A DNA stretch of 64,000 nt from Lama glama (GCA_028534125.1 CM052818.1:26848001-26912000); one strand, 5' to 3'; shown: positions 26,893 to 41,250, counted from the stretch's first letter. Notes: generated by a model not told the origin, from the letters alone. Program-made: numbers and translations.

Positions 26893-27968
26893 TAGGATTT
26901 TGGCTAATTCTATAACTGTCAGTAGACTGTAAAGAAAATTTAATTTAAAAGTATTTAACTTTCACATTGAGTGAGGTTGTGAAATGGTAAAGGTGTTTTT
27001 CTCATCACTTGGTAATTTCTTCTTTTTGGTAATTTCTGCTTAAGTACATTTAATGAGAAAGGTGTTAGCAAGTTTCACGTTTACCATCAGAAAAGCCATG
27101 ATCTCACTGATTAGCTTAATGTTAATTAAAAGAGATGAGCGTATATGGGCACATTCCATGCCCAAAGTGAAGACTAGTGATGTTTTTAGTAGGGTAATAG
27201 AGTCACACTTAAAAGGTATTGTTGGGGCTGCTTTCTTGGGGTTCTCCTTACGCACTTCACTTTCCCAAGTGCTATGATAAATCTGAGATGCAGGCAGAGT
27301 TTACCGTTGTACACGGAACAGAGATATGTGTTATCATGTGATGAGGCGTTCCACTTTTTACTTCACATGTTTGGTTTCTACTCTAAAGAGTATGTGTGTG
27401 TGTACTGCAAAGTTACTCACTGCTTGATGCATCCACCTTTTGGAAATTACACCTTGACCTCATTTTCTAAAGGAAATAAAAAGTGGTAACTTTTTTCCTG
27501 CAAGTTTAAGTATGTTAAGTGATATGTTAAATGAGTTCCTTAGCAATGTAAATATAGGTTCCTAGTTCTCAATATACTATTCCATAAAATTAAATTAACC
27601 ATATCAGCTGCCCTTAAAGTGGAGTAGTAAATATACATATGTGTTTGGGAGTGAGTGTATATGTTTATATACATATATATTTATAGAAAAGACTTCATAA
27701 AATATGTTCCGAATATACTTTGTCATTGATAGAATGTAATTCACCATCCTGAATATATTTGGGTGGCTTCTTTTAAATGACTTTTTGTGGATTAATTCTA
27801 TATTGCATCCTAAAAATATCGATACTTTTAAAATGAATTTTATTATGCTTTAATTAGCTATATATTTTTTACTTAATAAGAAACATTTTTAAAATGTTAG
27901 TATTAGAGGTAAAGATAGAGTGAAATGATAGATATTATTAAAAGCTTGTTTGGGGCTCTTTTCTTTGA

Positions 27969-28193
<225 letters not shown>

Positions 28194-29363
28194 TGAAAAG
28201 ATTACACTTTCAGAATATTATTTTCTTGCTTACCTTAGAGGTAGGAGTGAAAATTAAATCAGTTACCGCATGCAAATTGCTTAGAAATATGCCTGAAAAA
28301 TGATTCATGCTCAATAAATGTCAGTTACTTTAAAAAATATATTATTTTCTTACTAAAATATTTATGAAGTGAAGGAAAATCATTACTTCAATTTTTTTAT
28401 TTTAATATATAAGGGTGAATTGGTAGGCTTTTTGATTTAGAAATAAACTTTGTTAATGATCTATACTAGTTTACTAATTTTGTAATAAAAATGAAGCCGA
28501 GACTCTGAAAGGAAATTATAGTGGTCAGACGAAAGCCAGAACCCAGGCCTCCTAATTCCCAGTCATGCAGTCTTCCACCTGAAGAAGCACTGGGTCACCA
28601 CGTAAAAAAGTCTAGTGTCTATTTAGAGGAAAAAGAAACTGAGAGTTACCAAGGTTACCGAGTTTACAGTCAGTCTTTTCATAATGGACAAATAGCTCTT
28701 TTCTCCTATCATTGTCAAATCTGCAAAAGTTGATACTTTTTTTTAGACATCAGCATTTTTAAAAGTAATGAAATAAGGTTATTTTAGTTTAGGAGTCAGC
28801 AGCTTACAGGAAAGGCCCAAGTTTTGTTTTCTTTGGAAACTAGAATTATACTGAGTGACCCTGTCCTTTTCACTTTATCTGAGGGTGATTTTTTTTTCCA
28901 AACTGTGGGAGACAGATGTACACTTAACCATAAAGGCAGCAGGGCAAGGTGTCAGTTTTGTTTCCACATATCTTAGGAGCTGTTTTAGTCTTAGCTCTAC
29001 TGCTGAAGAGCCAATAAAGGTATTCCTTCTCACTGGGCCATTATGTCCTCACTTGGTTCTGTTCTGAAACAGCTTTCTTTGTAGTCATCTGAATTCATGT
29101 GGGGTCATAGACCTCCAAGTTCTCGCTCTCAGAATTCTCCCTAACAGATATCTTCCGTCCCTCCATTACTGCTGTCCACTCTTCTAGACTTTTCTAATGA
29201 GTTTTCTCTGTAGTTGCAATTGGTTCTAATTTTGGTTTGACCTGTGTTTAGGACCTTATATTTTGTAATAATTGAAAACTGTGGGTTCCTTTATATAATT
29301 TTATAAATTTATTCATCATCACAAAAGCTGCTCCAAATCTGTCCTTTTAAAATTTTTATTTAG

Positions 29364-29463
29364 CAATGAGGAGTTTTGTTGCCCATTGTCCTGAACTCCT
29401 AACGGAAGATGTGATTAGAAAATTGATGACTCCTATTGAATGTGCCATGACTATGATGTCACA
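29364..29463 (+). CDS. HEATR5B: HEATR5B exon 13 ([15 protein letters not shown]...MTMMS)
   Basis: atttag| ... CA|gtaagt; 100 nt, phase 1/2. Confidence 0.95.
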
Positions 29464-29789
29464 GTAAGTAAGCAATTACGACACGTTAACATCCAATCTT
29501 ATGTATTTATGAATAGCCAAGTTTTGTACTTCCCTCTGGTATCATGTAGGAAACATAGAAAGCTTTATTTGTGTAAAGTGACTTTAAAAATTGCAGTAGT
29601 GGTATGGATTAAAATAAAATTGTGTTTTATGGTGTGTCTATTACTAACAGTAAAGGTCACAAAATAAACTGGAAAATGTAATACTTACAAATGTTCTTTG
29701 CCAATACATTGATGCATTGCTGGAAAAAAATGTTTATAAGTAATGCTTATTCTAATAAGCTGATACTAACTATACTTCTAATATTTTAG

Positions 29790-29899
29790 CATTCCATCTG
29801 TAATTAAAGCCCATGGAGCTCATCTGAAAGCTAGTGCTGCAATGGTTCGTTTAAGGCTTTATGATATCTTGGCTTTGTTACCTCCCAAAACGTATGAAG
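29790..29899 (+). CDS. HEATR5B: HEATR5B exon 14 ([24 protein letters not shown]...KTYE)
   Basis: ttttag| ... G|gtaaat; 110 nt, phase 2/1. Confidence 0.95.
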
Positions 29900-29937
29900 G
29901 TAAATGAAATTTTTGGATGTCTAATAAAAATTCTTCA

Positions 29938-30057
29938 AGGGGGCAGGGTGTAGTTCAGTGGTAGAGCATGTCTTAGCATGCATAAGGTTCTGCGTTCAAT
30001 CTCCGTATCACCATTAAAAAACAAACAAACAAACAAACCTAATTACCTACCCCCCGA
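29938..30057 (+). mobile_element. tRNA-derived SINE (Vic-1-like)
   Basis: gggtgtagttcagtggtagagcatg...gttcaatctcc...(aaac)n ctaattacct; imperfect TSD aaaaattcttca / aaaaagtcttca. Confidence 0.85.
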
Positions 30058-30874
30058 AAAAAGTCTTCAGTATACCTTTCTAGTTCTTCACAGTATGATA
30101 GAGTTCTGACCACGGCTGTCCCACTGACTCACTATGTAAGTTTCCCTTTTCTTCATGTGTAGTAGCTAACAGTTGTTGAGCACTACTGTGTTCCAGGTCC
30201 CGTTCTAAGCCCTGCACATACAGTAGCATCTTTGACTCTAACCACAACCTTTAGAGGCTCAAATATAGCTCTGTTTAAAGATGAAGAATCTTGGGTACCT
30301 ACAGGTAATATAACTTGCACAAGTCTGGGCGTTAGTATATAGCAGAGCGTGGATTCAGATCCAGCTGTTTCACGTTCAAAGTCTGTGCTTTTAATGACTA
30401 CCCTCATTATTATAATATAGCTAATAATTTAGGAATCTGGAGAGAGAATAGTAATATACTTTTATAGAAATTAAATGTTATATAAAATGTTAAGATTACA
30501 ATAAGTCATTGATTTGTTTCCAGTGCAACCATGCTCAAGAATTTTGATATGCTCTGGTTCAGTGTTTGTACATCATTGGGTAATTAATAGTGAATTAAAA
30601 TCATGATATATTTAATCTATTTAAAATAAGAAATATTTCCTTTATTTGAGTTTTTAATTACTTTAAATAATTTGGACTAAAAGGCATAATAAAGTAACAA
30701 AAGAGGAAGTACCATTATTGTATATTAAAACCAGCATTAAAATATTTAACATGGATTTTTTTAAAGAGAATAAGGATTTACTTATTTTATTCCAGTTGAA
30801 CATATTGCTGCTCAGTGATTGTCATTTTTATAAAAAGTATTCTTTTTAATCTGATCTGAAGTTCTGTTTTTTAG

Positions 30875-31038
30875 GATCTTTCAACGCACTTCTCAGAGAA
30901 CTGGTAGCAGAGTTCACTTTGACTGACAACTCAGCCAACACGACTACTTCTCTCCTCAGATCCCTTTGCCATTATGATGATAGTGTTCTTCTTGGTTCCT
31001 GGCTTCAAGAAACTGATCATAAATCCATTGAAGACCAG
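30875..31038 (+). CDS. HEATR5B: HEATR5B exon 15 ([17 protein letters not shown]...KSIEDQ)
   Basis: ttttag| ... CAG|gtagta; 164 nt, phase 1/0. Confidence 0.95.
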
Positions 31039-31740
31039 GTAGTAAACCATACAATGAAATGAAATACTAGCTTGATCGAACTTAATGGCACTGCTACACA
31101 TTGTCATTTAAAAAGAAAATGTTGTAGACTAAGATTTAATTTTCATTTAGCTTTTTGAGACATTTAAACATACCTTCCTAGTGGTGGATAGTGAAAAAGT
31201 TAACCAGAAATAGTTAGAATTGGGTGAATTGTCTTTATTCAGTATTCTTTTATTTAAATACCCGGTGGTTGCTGTGGCAGAGATCAATTTTGACTAGCTT
31301 TTCAGTTCTTGGTGTTTTGCTTTGATTTAGTTTTTTTTGTGACAGGTTAAAGAGAAATAGCATAGGTTGAAGATTTAGAATCTTTGCCCACTGAATATGT
31401 GATTTCTTATGCACTTTTTAAAAAGAGTTACTAAAGGTCCCTTTTCAAAATTTTTTGTGGGTTTAACTTATTCCTAATATTATTTTGCTTAGAAATTTTA
31501 AGGTGGGTACCATAAAAATGTTTTAGAATGAACAAAACTTTTCTTAAAATTGCATAAAGTGTTATGACATTTTTTAATGGCCAAATTATATTTAAAATCT
31601 ATTTAAAATTTTTCAGATTCAATCAGTCTATTCTTTTGTTACCTTTTCTCTCTCCTCCCCTGTTCTATTCTTCATGCCCAGTACTTGGCATTGGATTTCC
31701 CCAAATGGATTTTCAATGATTTTTTGTCTTTCTTTTGCAG

Positions 31741-31916
31741 CTCCAGCCAAACAGTGCATCTGGAAGTGGGGCTCTGGAGCACGATCCCTCCTCCATTTAC
31801 TTACGGATACCTGCTGGAGAAGCTGTGCCTGGCCCTCTGCCTCTTGGTGTTTCAGTCATTGATGCTTCCGTGGCCCTTTTTGGTGTAGTGTTTCCTCATG
31901 TTTCTTATAAACACCG
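31741..31916 (+). CDS. HEATR5B: HEATR5B exon 16 ([18 protein letters not shown]...VSYKH)
   Basis: ttgcag| ... CG|gttagt; 176 nt, phase 0/2. Confidence 0.95.
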
Positions 31917-34156
31917 GTTAGTATAAAGTCAGTCAGGTAATTTTAAGTTAGATAGAAATTATTTTTAAGCAGTAGATTTTCCCACACCAGTTAACTCTGC
32001 AATAAGGCTAGTAGTAGTCTCATAAACATAATGTAAGTGGCACATAATAAATTGCGTGCAATAATTTGAAACTATTTTTAAGATTTGGCCTTATGTGCTA
32101 GCATCTGGTATCCACTGTATTGTGGACTAGGTTTTACACAATAAAATTTTCATTATAATAGTTGCCAGTTTATACATATCTTTAAAATAGAAACATCAGT
32201 TTATACATATCTTTAAATAGAGACATCAGTTTTCTAAGTCTTTTGTTTTGTTACTGAGGAAGTAAGTGGATGAGACGTCTGTTATCTAGTAACATTTGTC
32301 AGATGGTTAAAGTCTAGAATTTGGAAAACTAAAGTAATTGGTTGTTTTTCTAATAGAAGCATTTTAGTTTGCTATATTCTATGCCCACAGACACTATCCT
32401 TAACTTCAGTAGGCATTTTATGTATTTATGATGATTTTCCCAAGAGAAAGAATGAAAATATATTAATGCAAGACCTTCAAAGATAATTCGAGTTTTACAA
32501 ACTGTGCCTCAAGAACATTGTTTCATTTGTATAGAAAAGATAATATATCTTTAAATGTGTAGATTACTTGACTAATTGCTTTTAAATTTGAGGGGGAAAT
32601 GTTAAATATGAAATTTTACTGTACCTAGATACCTTAAGAACATTTGGTTGCCACGTAAATGTTAAAGATCATTAAAGGTCTTTAATTTTATAAAGAATTT
32701 TATAAAGCATCTACTTTAATATCCTTGTTTTAAATCTAAGGAAATCCAGGTCTAGGAGTTTATGGTTTGCCCCAAATTATACAGCTAATTATGAGAGCCA
32801 TAACTAGAATCCAGGATTATCTGAACTTTATTAAATCACTTTTGTGGAACAAGATCAAGTTCTATTAAAAAAGAATATATAACATAAATATCCAATAATG
32901 GAGGAATGAGCGAATAAATTATAGAAAATTGATAGGCTGGAATACTTTTTACAGAGACAGTGTTTTGGTATCAGAGAAAGCTTATTATACAATGTTAAAT
33001 GAAAACGGTATAAGGTAAGAAGTGATCCCAGTTTGGAACTTTAAAATGCATAAACATGTGCAATGGTTATTTCTTGGTAGTAATTTTTTGTTAATATTTT
33101 TCAAATTAAAAGAAATAAATATTTTACAACATAGAAAATTTATTTTTAGTTATGTATTTGAGGTCAGTTATAGGCAAATGATGTTTGCTGGCAATGTTGA
33201 GGACCGTGTGCCTCTTCTCGTGTGTGTGCTTGAAAGCAGTGTGAGTGATGTCCTGCTGCCTCACCTCGGATGTGGATCTGTGTCAGAACAGGTGTACAAG
33301 TGTCAGCTTTAGCCCCAGGTGCCTCTAACTGAATTTCCTGCTGGAGGCTAGATGATTTCTTCCTATGTATTTTTTGAAGAATGCTTTGAACTGAGACCTA
33401 TGGCCCATTATAATTGAGCTTAAATTCTTACAGTGATCTCCTGGAGATTTTGATTTCCTACATCAGGTCATAGTCATCTCTGTATGAAATCCAATTTCCT
33501 TGGATTCCTTTGCCCCACCCATTTCTTTTTAGAAGAATATGATATGACCTCATTCTCTTTAATCAGAATAGTCTCAAATGGCTGTGATTTCTTTTTGGTG
33601 TTGTTGTTAACTGTCATTTTTAAAATTTGAAATAATAAAAAAAAATTCCCCTCTGATTTTTCACATTTAATGAAATGGACCAAAGCTAATTCTTAAAAAA
33701 AAAAAATCTCCCAATTAGCTTCCAGAGATAGGATGTGAGATACTGTTTTCTTCTATGTGAGAGTGTTTTTTAAAAAGAGAAAAATCATGCCACATTTTAA
33801 CATTTCCAACTTAAAAGTCTTCCACAGAGATGCACAATTAATGATTATTCTATTCAAGAAACCTTGAGCATCTACTTTATGCCAGGCACTCTGTTGTACA
33901 CTAGTGTTAAAGTTGAAGACCACTTATTTTGCTAGTTGAAACTTAACGTTAGTTGCTTGCCTTGTGCCAGTTAGTAGTTACATGTCCATGTATTAATTCA
34001 GAAAGAGGAGATCTGGTTTGGACCAGGGAATGAAATAGAAAAGAGATAGCATGAGGTATTACTTGTTAAACAATTAGCTTATACCCTTATCTCTGTTTTT
34101 TGAGCTGTGTTTGAATAAAAAGTATTGCTAATGTGATCTTTATTCTTTTGTTGTAG

Positions 34157-34262
34157 ATTACAGATGTTGGATCACTTTGCTGAATGTGTTAAACAAGCCA
34201 AAGGTGTTCGCCAGCAGGCTGTGCAGCTTAATATTTTCACAGCTGTTCTTAGTGCATTAAAG
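34157..34262 (+). CDS. HEATR5B: HEATR5B exon 17 ([15 protein letters not shown]...LSALK)
   Basis: ttgtag| ... AAG|gtattt; 106 nt, phase 2/0. Confidence 0.95.
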
Positions 34263-35735
34263 GTATTTACTTTTAAAACATAGTAAATATTCTAAACTAT
34301 GATTTTAATTAATGCCTTTAATATAATAAGTCAAGCATATTTGGACTACTATGTTTACATGTGTATCTCTATAATTATGCTTTTATATAATTTTAATGAA
34401 ATTACTAGAAACTATATCAAACTCATTATAACTAAATAAATATTTTATATTTCAGTAATGTTAAAGTTCCTGTTTTAATTTGACGTCTCAGATTTTATGA
34501 ATGCCAGTATGTTCTTTCAGAATTTTCAAACATACCTGACTAATGAAACCTGATATTCCCTTAGAGGCTAACTAGATAAAGGTTAAGTCTGATTTGTGAT
34601 CTAGACCATAAATCAGGAGAGGCTGTGTTGAAAGAATGCTGCATTTAGATATCATGTTCTGGTTTAGCTACTAACTAGGTTTCTGTCTTGTGTGATTCCT
34701 TTAACCTTTTTTGAACTTCAGATTTCACTTGTATAAAGTGAAGTAACAAATATTTTGCCTATCTCTCAGAGTTCATGCACTATACTAGGCAGCCTGTAGC
34801 CCCTCATGATATATTTGATAACTTCATATTATTCAATGCCAAGCTTCATATTACTGCTTTAAAATAAAAGGGCAACAAGTGTTTAAATGGGCATGAATTA
34901 AATCACATTTTGTAAGCACCAGGGAAAAGGGATGTAGGCATTGGTTATACAAATCAAGGTTTGAACCATTTATGTAATCATTAGTATATGTCCTTTTTAG
35001 AGACCATTAGCTACCAGCATCTGAGGTTTTTTAAAAAGGAATGGGGTGGTCATGGTTTTCCTTAGTGGTTGGAAGGCTAGTGATCAACTGTAATATTGTT
35101 GTACAGTGCACTTTTCTTCATAGACGTGCTCACTGCTGCCTCTGCTGTAGTTTTTCCTAGGCACCATGACTTAGATTTTTGGTCTCAAGTAAGTAATTTA
35201 AGTTCCAGGATGCTAAGTGTAACTAGAACAGAGATACTAACAATTTAGTATGATGAACAAACTGTATCAACATTCACTTACTGATTATTCTTACCTCATT
35301 TTGTCTTTAGGTATATATTGGATGTACTCTTTATGACATAATTGTCTTCTCTGGAAGTGTTATGTAAACGTGTCAAAGTTTCATACTCATCAGGCCTTTT
35401 CCTTCCTTAAAGTTACAGTGATAAATTTCAGTCAGTTAAATAACAGTTGATTTAATAATAATACAGTGTACTTTATATTTAAAAACAACTTTTAAGCATT
35501 TGTTTTTGGATAGAGACACTCCCAGGGATTGTTGGTTTTGGGGCTGATTCAACTATAACTATGTTATATATCATGTTGTGAAATCATGTTTAGTAAAGTG
35601 ATTACTGTCCGTCTAACAGGTATTCTAGGCATAGTATATGCATGTGAAAGTTGGCTGAAGAAAATAATGTGTGAAAATATATGTATATTTACAAAGATTG
35701 CAGCCTTTTTTTTTTTTTCCCCCACATAACCATAG

Positions 35736-35927
<192 letters not shown>

Positions 35928-37989
35928 TAAGTGGCTCTCTTTATCAATCAGTTAAGGTTCTCATATAGGCAAAGGTTTCTTTTAAGTAATCAGTAATTAT
36001 TGACCGGACTTTATTTTTTCCACATGGTAGATACTTTCAGTATAGTGAGGATTTCTATTTCAGCCCTTGAGTGTTATGTGATGGAATCAAGAGGATTGTT
36101 GGTAAAAATTCCTCTCAGTTAATGTGTACTCTGCTCTGAGGAAGTGTTCTGAAGTCCTTTTATCTCTGCTTCCCCATTATTCTTTCTGTTAATTTTTCAC
36201 TTTTTGGAGTAAGCCATTCTTTCTAACTACTACCAAGTTTGTTATCTCTTAAATTATCCCTGAAACAGGGGATACATTTAGCATTAGGTTTTAAGGATTT
36301 CTTGGCATATTAATTAAAAAGAGTGATCTCAGAGGTCCAAATAAGAATGATTAAGATGACAAATGTACTTATTAGTGACTGTTGGTTGTTAATCAGGCAC
36401 TTAAGTAGAGCAGTTGAAAATTGAGTGGTCAAGAACTGATACTTGAGTTATGCAAATTAATCATTCTTAGCTGTTGTATATTTTGAATACTAATTATACC
36501 AAACTGCATCATAATTATTAAAGAGAGAGAGAGGTTGAGGAAAGCAATGGTTGCGAAGTAGTAGTTTGGAAGAAGTATTTTCTGAACTCTGGAATGGCTT
36601 TCCTTGTCATCACACGTGAGTGGTATTTTAGGTGGTTATAGGCTAAAGCCCCAGTGTATTGTCTGAATCACTAATGAATCATATGGGCAGGCAGAATATA
36701 GTTTGAAATATTCCCAGATACTTAATCTTCTGCAGGATGGCTTCGGTTATTTTTCTAGCAATAGATTAGCTTTGCCTTTTCCAAGTATTTGTCATTGATT
36801 CTGAAGTCAATTTTTGTTAAGGATTTTTTAAAAAAGACAGAACCAATCTTAGCTACCTGCTTCATGATTTGTGTTTTGTTAATAGTAGATAAAATGGAAG
36901 TGTATTTCTTTAAAAACTCTTGATTGGTAAATTTTTCTTTAGTTACAGGTACTGTCTTCAGTACCTGTGGGACTACTTTGTGCTTAAACTCTGGTGAAAC
37001 TCAAGGGCATTTCATTCATATTCATACCAGTCTGGTTAATGGTTTGCAAGTGTTTTCATTGCTTAGTTTTGTTAGCTTCTCCAAATAATTTATTATGACC
37101 TGGAATTATTACATAGGTTTTGTTACCCATTTTTCACATTTTAATTTACCTGAAAGTGAGATTTGTCTTAAAATCTCTATGAAATGTCATAATTATTTGT
37201 TAGCATTTTATTTCTTTTGAGAAAGCTTCAATATCCTGTGTCTTCATTATGTCAGACTGTTCCATCAACATTATCTGTTGCTGATAAAATATACAACTAT
37301 GAAAGGTCAAAATAACTTATACATACAGGTCTGTCAATTGTATTTGCACATTAAAATCTTATGCCATCTTAGCATTAAGACTGAAATCATTTCTATAAAT
37401 CGTTCTCAGTTAATAGGGAGTAGTTTCAATTTTTTAAGATTCAGTTCAGAAAAAAATAAAAATCATTACTGGTTAAATTTCTTTCCATTCAAATTGAAAA
37501 TCACTCCAAGACCTCTGGGAAATGTGTATTTGTATATCTTAGATTATTTACTTTATTGAATAGATGATTATCACTGAGAAAATTGGTCTAGCTTCTTCAT
37601 TCACTGAAATGACCTCTGAAAGTCACAACAGGAAAGAAGTTTCTATTCTGTATAATGCTTTAGAATTCACAGACTGCATTCATTCTTCTTTAATTCCTCA
37701 AAATGACTGCTGTATTAGAATAATAATATGTTCATTTTACAGATGGAGAAAGTGAGGCATAGAGAGATAAAGATCACTTATCCATGGATATGTTAGATAT
37801 ACTGCTAAGGATGGACTTAGTTCACTTCTTTTATTAATGCATTTATTAACATCTGTTCTATGACAGCACTTGCAATTTTTCTTTGTTTGCCATAGGCAAA
37901 CTGACTGGCTGGAGTCTTGGTGATGGTTTTTCATCTCTTGATTTTATTTTACGAGTTTGACAGAAGTTTGATCATGGATGGCTTATTGA

Positions 37990-40900
37990 CAGTTACAATA
38001 CAGTTTTGAAAAAAACATTGGATAACAGCTAGCACAGAGCAGTGATCCTTATGAAATGAGAAACAAAGACAGGGAGTACTACAATGGCTCCAGATTTCTG
38101 ACTGGAGAGAATTTCCAGGCTGAACTGCAGGGATAGGAAACCCAAACCCATCTGAGTTGAGGAGAGAGAATTTAGAGTTTGGTGAGGCCAATGTACCTAG
38201 AATGTGTGGGGTAGAACATGAGAGAGGAGAGAGTTGCACAGATTGAGAGCTAAGAAGAGAGGAATCATCTCAAGTCTTTGGGTGAGCACTGATTTGTGCA
38301 TGAGTACAGGGAAGCTGCTCAAGATCAGGGGAAAACACACCAGGAAGGAATAGGTGGAACAACACCCAGAGCTCGCACGGGGCTGAGAATAGCCCGTGTT
38401 CTCACTATCCAGATTGGGAAGACCTCCTAAAATGGATTCTTGAGAAGGATATTGCCTTAGTAGTTGGGGCAATAGTGGCCCACCCTAGAAAAGCTTAAAA
38501 ATAAGCCTTGAAAGGATCAAACTGATTCCACACAACTTAACTGCATCTCAGAACAAAGCCCAGCAGTATTCAAAGGAATATAAGTAATGCAGTACATAAC
38601 ATCATAAAATTCACAGTATCCAGTTTCAAAAAAAATTATCAGACACGTAAGGAAGTTTGAAAACAAGACCTATTACTAGGAGAAAACATCAACTATTGGA
38701 AACAAGCCTAGCAATAAAAGAGATAATGGAATTAGCAACCAAACATATTAAATGAACTTTTATAAATATGCTCCATATTTTTAAGGAAGTACAAGGAAAC
38801 TTTAGTATGGTGAGAAGAGAAATGAAATTCATAAAGCAACCCAAAGGAAACTTCTAAATATGTAAAATATCTCAAATGAAAGAATACATTGGATGGAATT
38901 AATGGAAGATTAGACACTACATAGGAAAATAGTGATATTGAAGACATACAAATAGAAATTATCCTAAATGAATACAGAGAGAAAAAAGACTGGGGAAAAA
39001 AAAATTAACAGTCTCATTGACTTCTGGGACAATTTCAAGCTGTCTAACGTACATGTAATTTGAATCACAGAAGGATAGATAAGAAAAATTTCTTGAATAT
39101 ATAATGGCCCAAAAAATCGTGTAATTTTGATGACAGCTATTAAATGCATAGATCCATTAACCTCAACAAACCCCAAATGAAAGAAAAACAAAAGAAAAGC
39201 ACTTCATAATTAAATTCCTTAAAACCAGTGATAAAGATAACGTGAAAGCAGCCAATGGGAAGAAAAAACATGCAGAGGAACAAAGATAATACGCAGACTT
39301 CTAATCATAAACCATGCAAGCAAAAGGCAGTAGAGTAACATCTTTAAAGTACTGTAAGAAAACACTGTCAACCTAGACTATACCCAGAGAAAATGCTTTT
39401 CAAAAATCAAGGTTTAATAAAGACTTTTTCAGACTATGAAAAGTTGAGAAAATTCATTGTCTACAGGCTTATACTATAAGAAATATTAAAAGAGGTTCTT
39501 TGTGCCAAAAAAAAAAGGAACATCTATCAGAACAACTGAAAAATAACAGAATTGGAGAATTTTCACTACCTTTTAGACTTTTTATGTTGCTTCTATAATC
39601 ATGAGAGGGTGGTATTGACATAATGAAAGATATATAGATCAATGGAACAGAGTAAAAAACCCAGAAAGAATTTATATGTATGTGTATATTTTTATTTCTA
39701 TAAATATTTTAACTTATTTATATTTATTTATATAAATATATTTTATGTATTTTTGTATGTATTTTATTTTATGTATGTATAATTTATTTTCAACTAAGGT
39801 ACCAAGGCTGGCACTCAGCAAATTTCCCCAAGTGGTGCTGGAGAATTGGATATATTTATGAAGCAAAAAGAATAATAAATCTCAGTACTTAACTCACAGC
39901 ATATAAAAAAATTACCTTGATATCAATAATAGATCCAGATGTAAGAGCTAACTGTAAAACTTCTAAAAGGAAACGTTAAAGAAAACTTTGTTATCTTGGA
40001 TTATGCAAAGATTTCTTAGGATGCAAAAAAACGTAAACCATCAAATATTTAAAATCAATAAATTGGACTTGATCACTTTTAAAAACTTTGGCTTTTTGCA
40101 CAATAATGTTGAAATGAAAATACGAATTTCAAACTAGAGTAAATATTTGAACATTTACTTTACCAAAGAAGATACGATCATGGCAAAAAAAACCACATGA
40201 GATGTTCCACATCATTATTCAACAGGGAAGTGCAAATGAGCTCCTACTACATGCTCAACAGAATAGCTACGGTTTAGTGGAAATACCAAGTGTTGGTAAG
40301 GATGTGGCATAACTGGAACTCTCATACATTGCTGGTGGAAATGTAAAGTGGTACAGCCACTTTGGAAAATAGTTTGGTGATTTCTTCCAAACTAAAGCGT
40401 ACACTTACCTTATGACCTAGCAATTCTACTCCTAGGTATTTACCCAAGAGAAGTGAAAACATTTGTGTGCACAAGCACTTGTACTAAAACTTTTATAGCT
40501 GCTTTGTTCATGAGAGCCAAAAGCTGGAAAGAATCCACATGTCTTATCAATTAGTAAATGGCAAAATAAATTGTGGTATATTCATTGACGAAATGAATAA
40601 ATAAATGGGATGAATCTCAAAAGCATTATGCTGTGTAAAAAAATCAGACACAAAAGACTATGTACTATCTGATTTCATTTTATGAAACTATGTAAAAGGT
40701 AAAACTGTAGTGATAGAAGACAGATCCATGGTTTCCAAAGTGTTTGGGGGAGGTAGGTGACTTCAAAGAAACAGTAGGAACTTGTGGTATGAAAATGTCT
40801 TCTATCTATGCTATTAATATGGCAGCCACTAGCCACATGTGGCTATTGAGCAGTTGAAATGTATCCTTCCCAAATTGAGATGTGCTGTAAGTGTATAATC

Positions 40901-41250
40901 AGATTTTGAAGGCTTTGTGCTTAAAAAGAATGTAAAATATCTTGTTAATAATTTGTTACATTAATTACATCTTGATATTTTAATATTTTGAATATATTGG
41001 GTTAAATAAAATTTATTAAAATTAACTTATTTCTTTTTTACCTTCTATAATGTGGTGAGTGGAATATTTGAAATCATATACGTGGCTTGTGTTATATTCT
41101 TGGGACAGCTCTGTTCTATACTATGATTATATGGTGGTTACATACTATATGCAATTGTCAGAACTCATTAAATTGAACATTTTAATGGACACTTAAAATT
41201 AGTGAATTTTATTGTATAAATGCATCTCAGTAAATCTTATTGTAAAAAAT
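37990..41250 (+). mobile_element. Old L1M-type element, sense (5'UTR, ORF1 remnants, deleted ORF2, 3'UTR)
   Basis: A-rich ORF1-like stretch 38700-39500; ORF2/3' motifs gatcaatggaacaga, ccaagtgttggtaaggatgtg, cctagcaattctactcctaggtatttacccaagagaa. Confidence 0.8.
40805..41115. mobile_element. MER33/MER3-like hAT-Charlie element nested in the L1
   Basis: atatggcagccactagccacatgtggctattgagc...ttgagatgtgctgtaagtg...gtggcttgtgttatattcttgggacagc. Confidence 0.75.

Noticed and set aside
27335..27450. Box C-like GTGATGA suggesting an intronic snoRNA
   Set aside because: No box D (CTGA) or terminal stem at a suitable distance.
39670..39790. Extremely AT-rich stretch
   Set aside because: Low-complexity (TA/TATG) decay inside an old L1.
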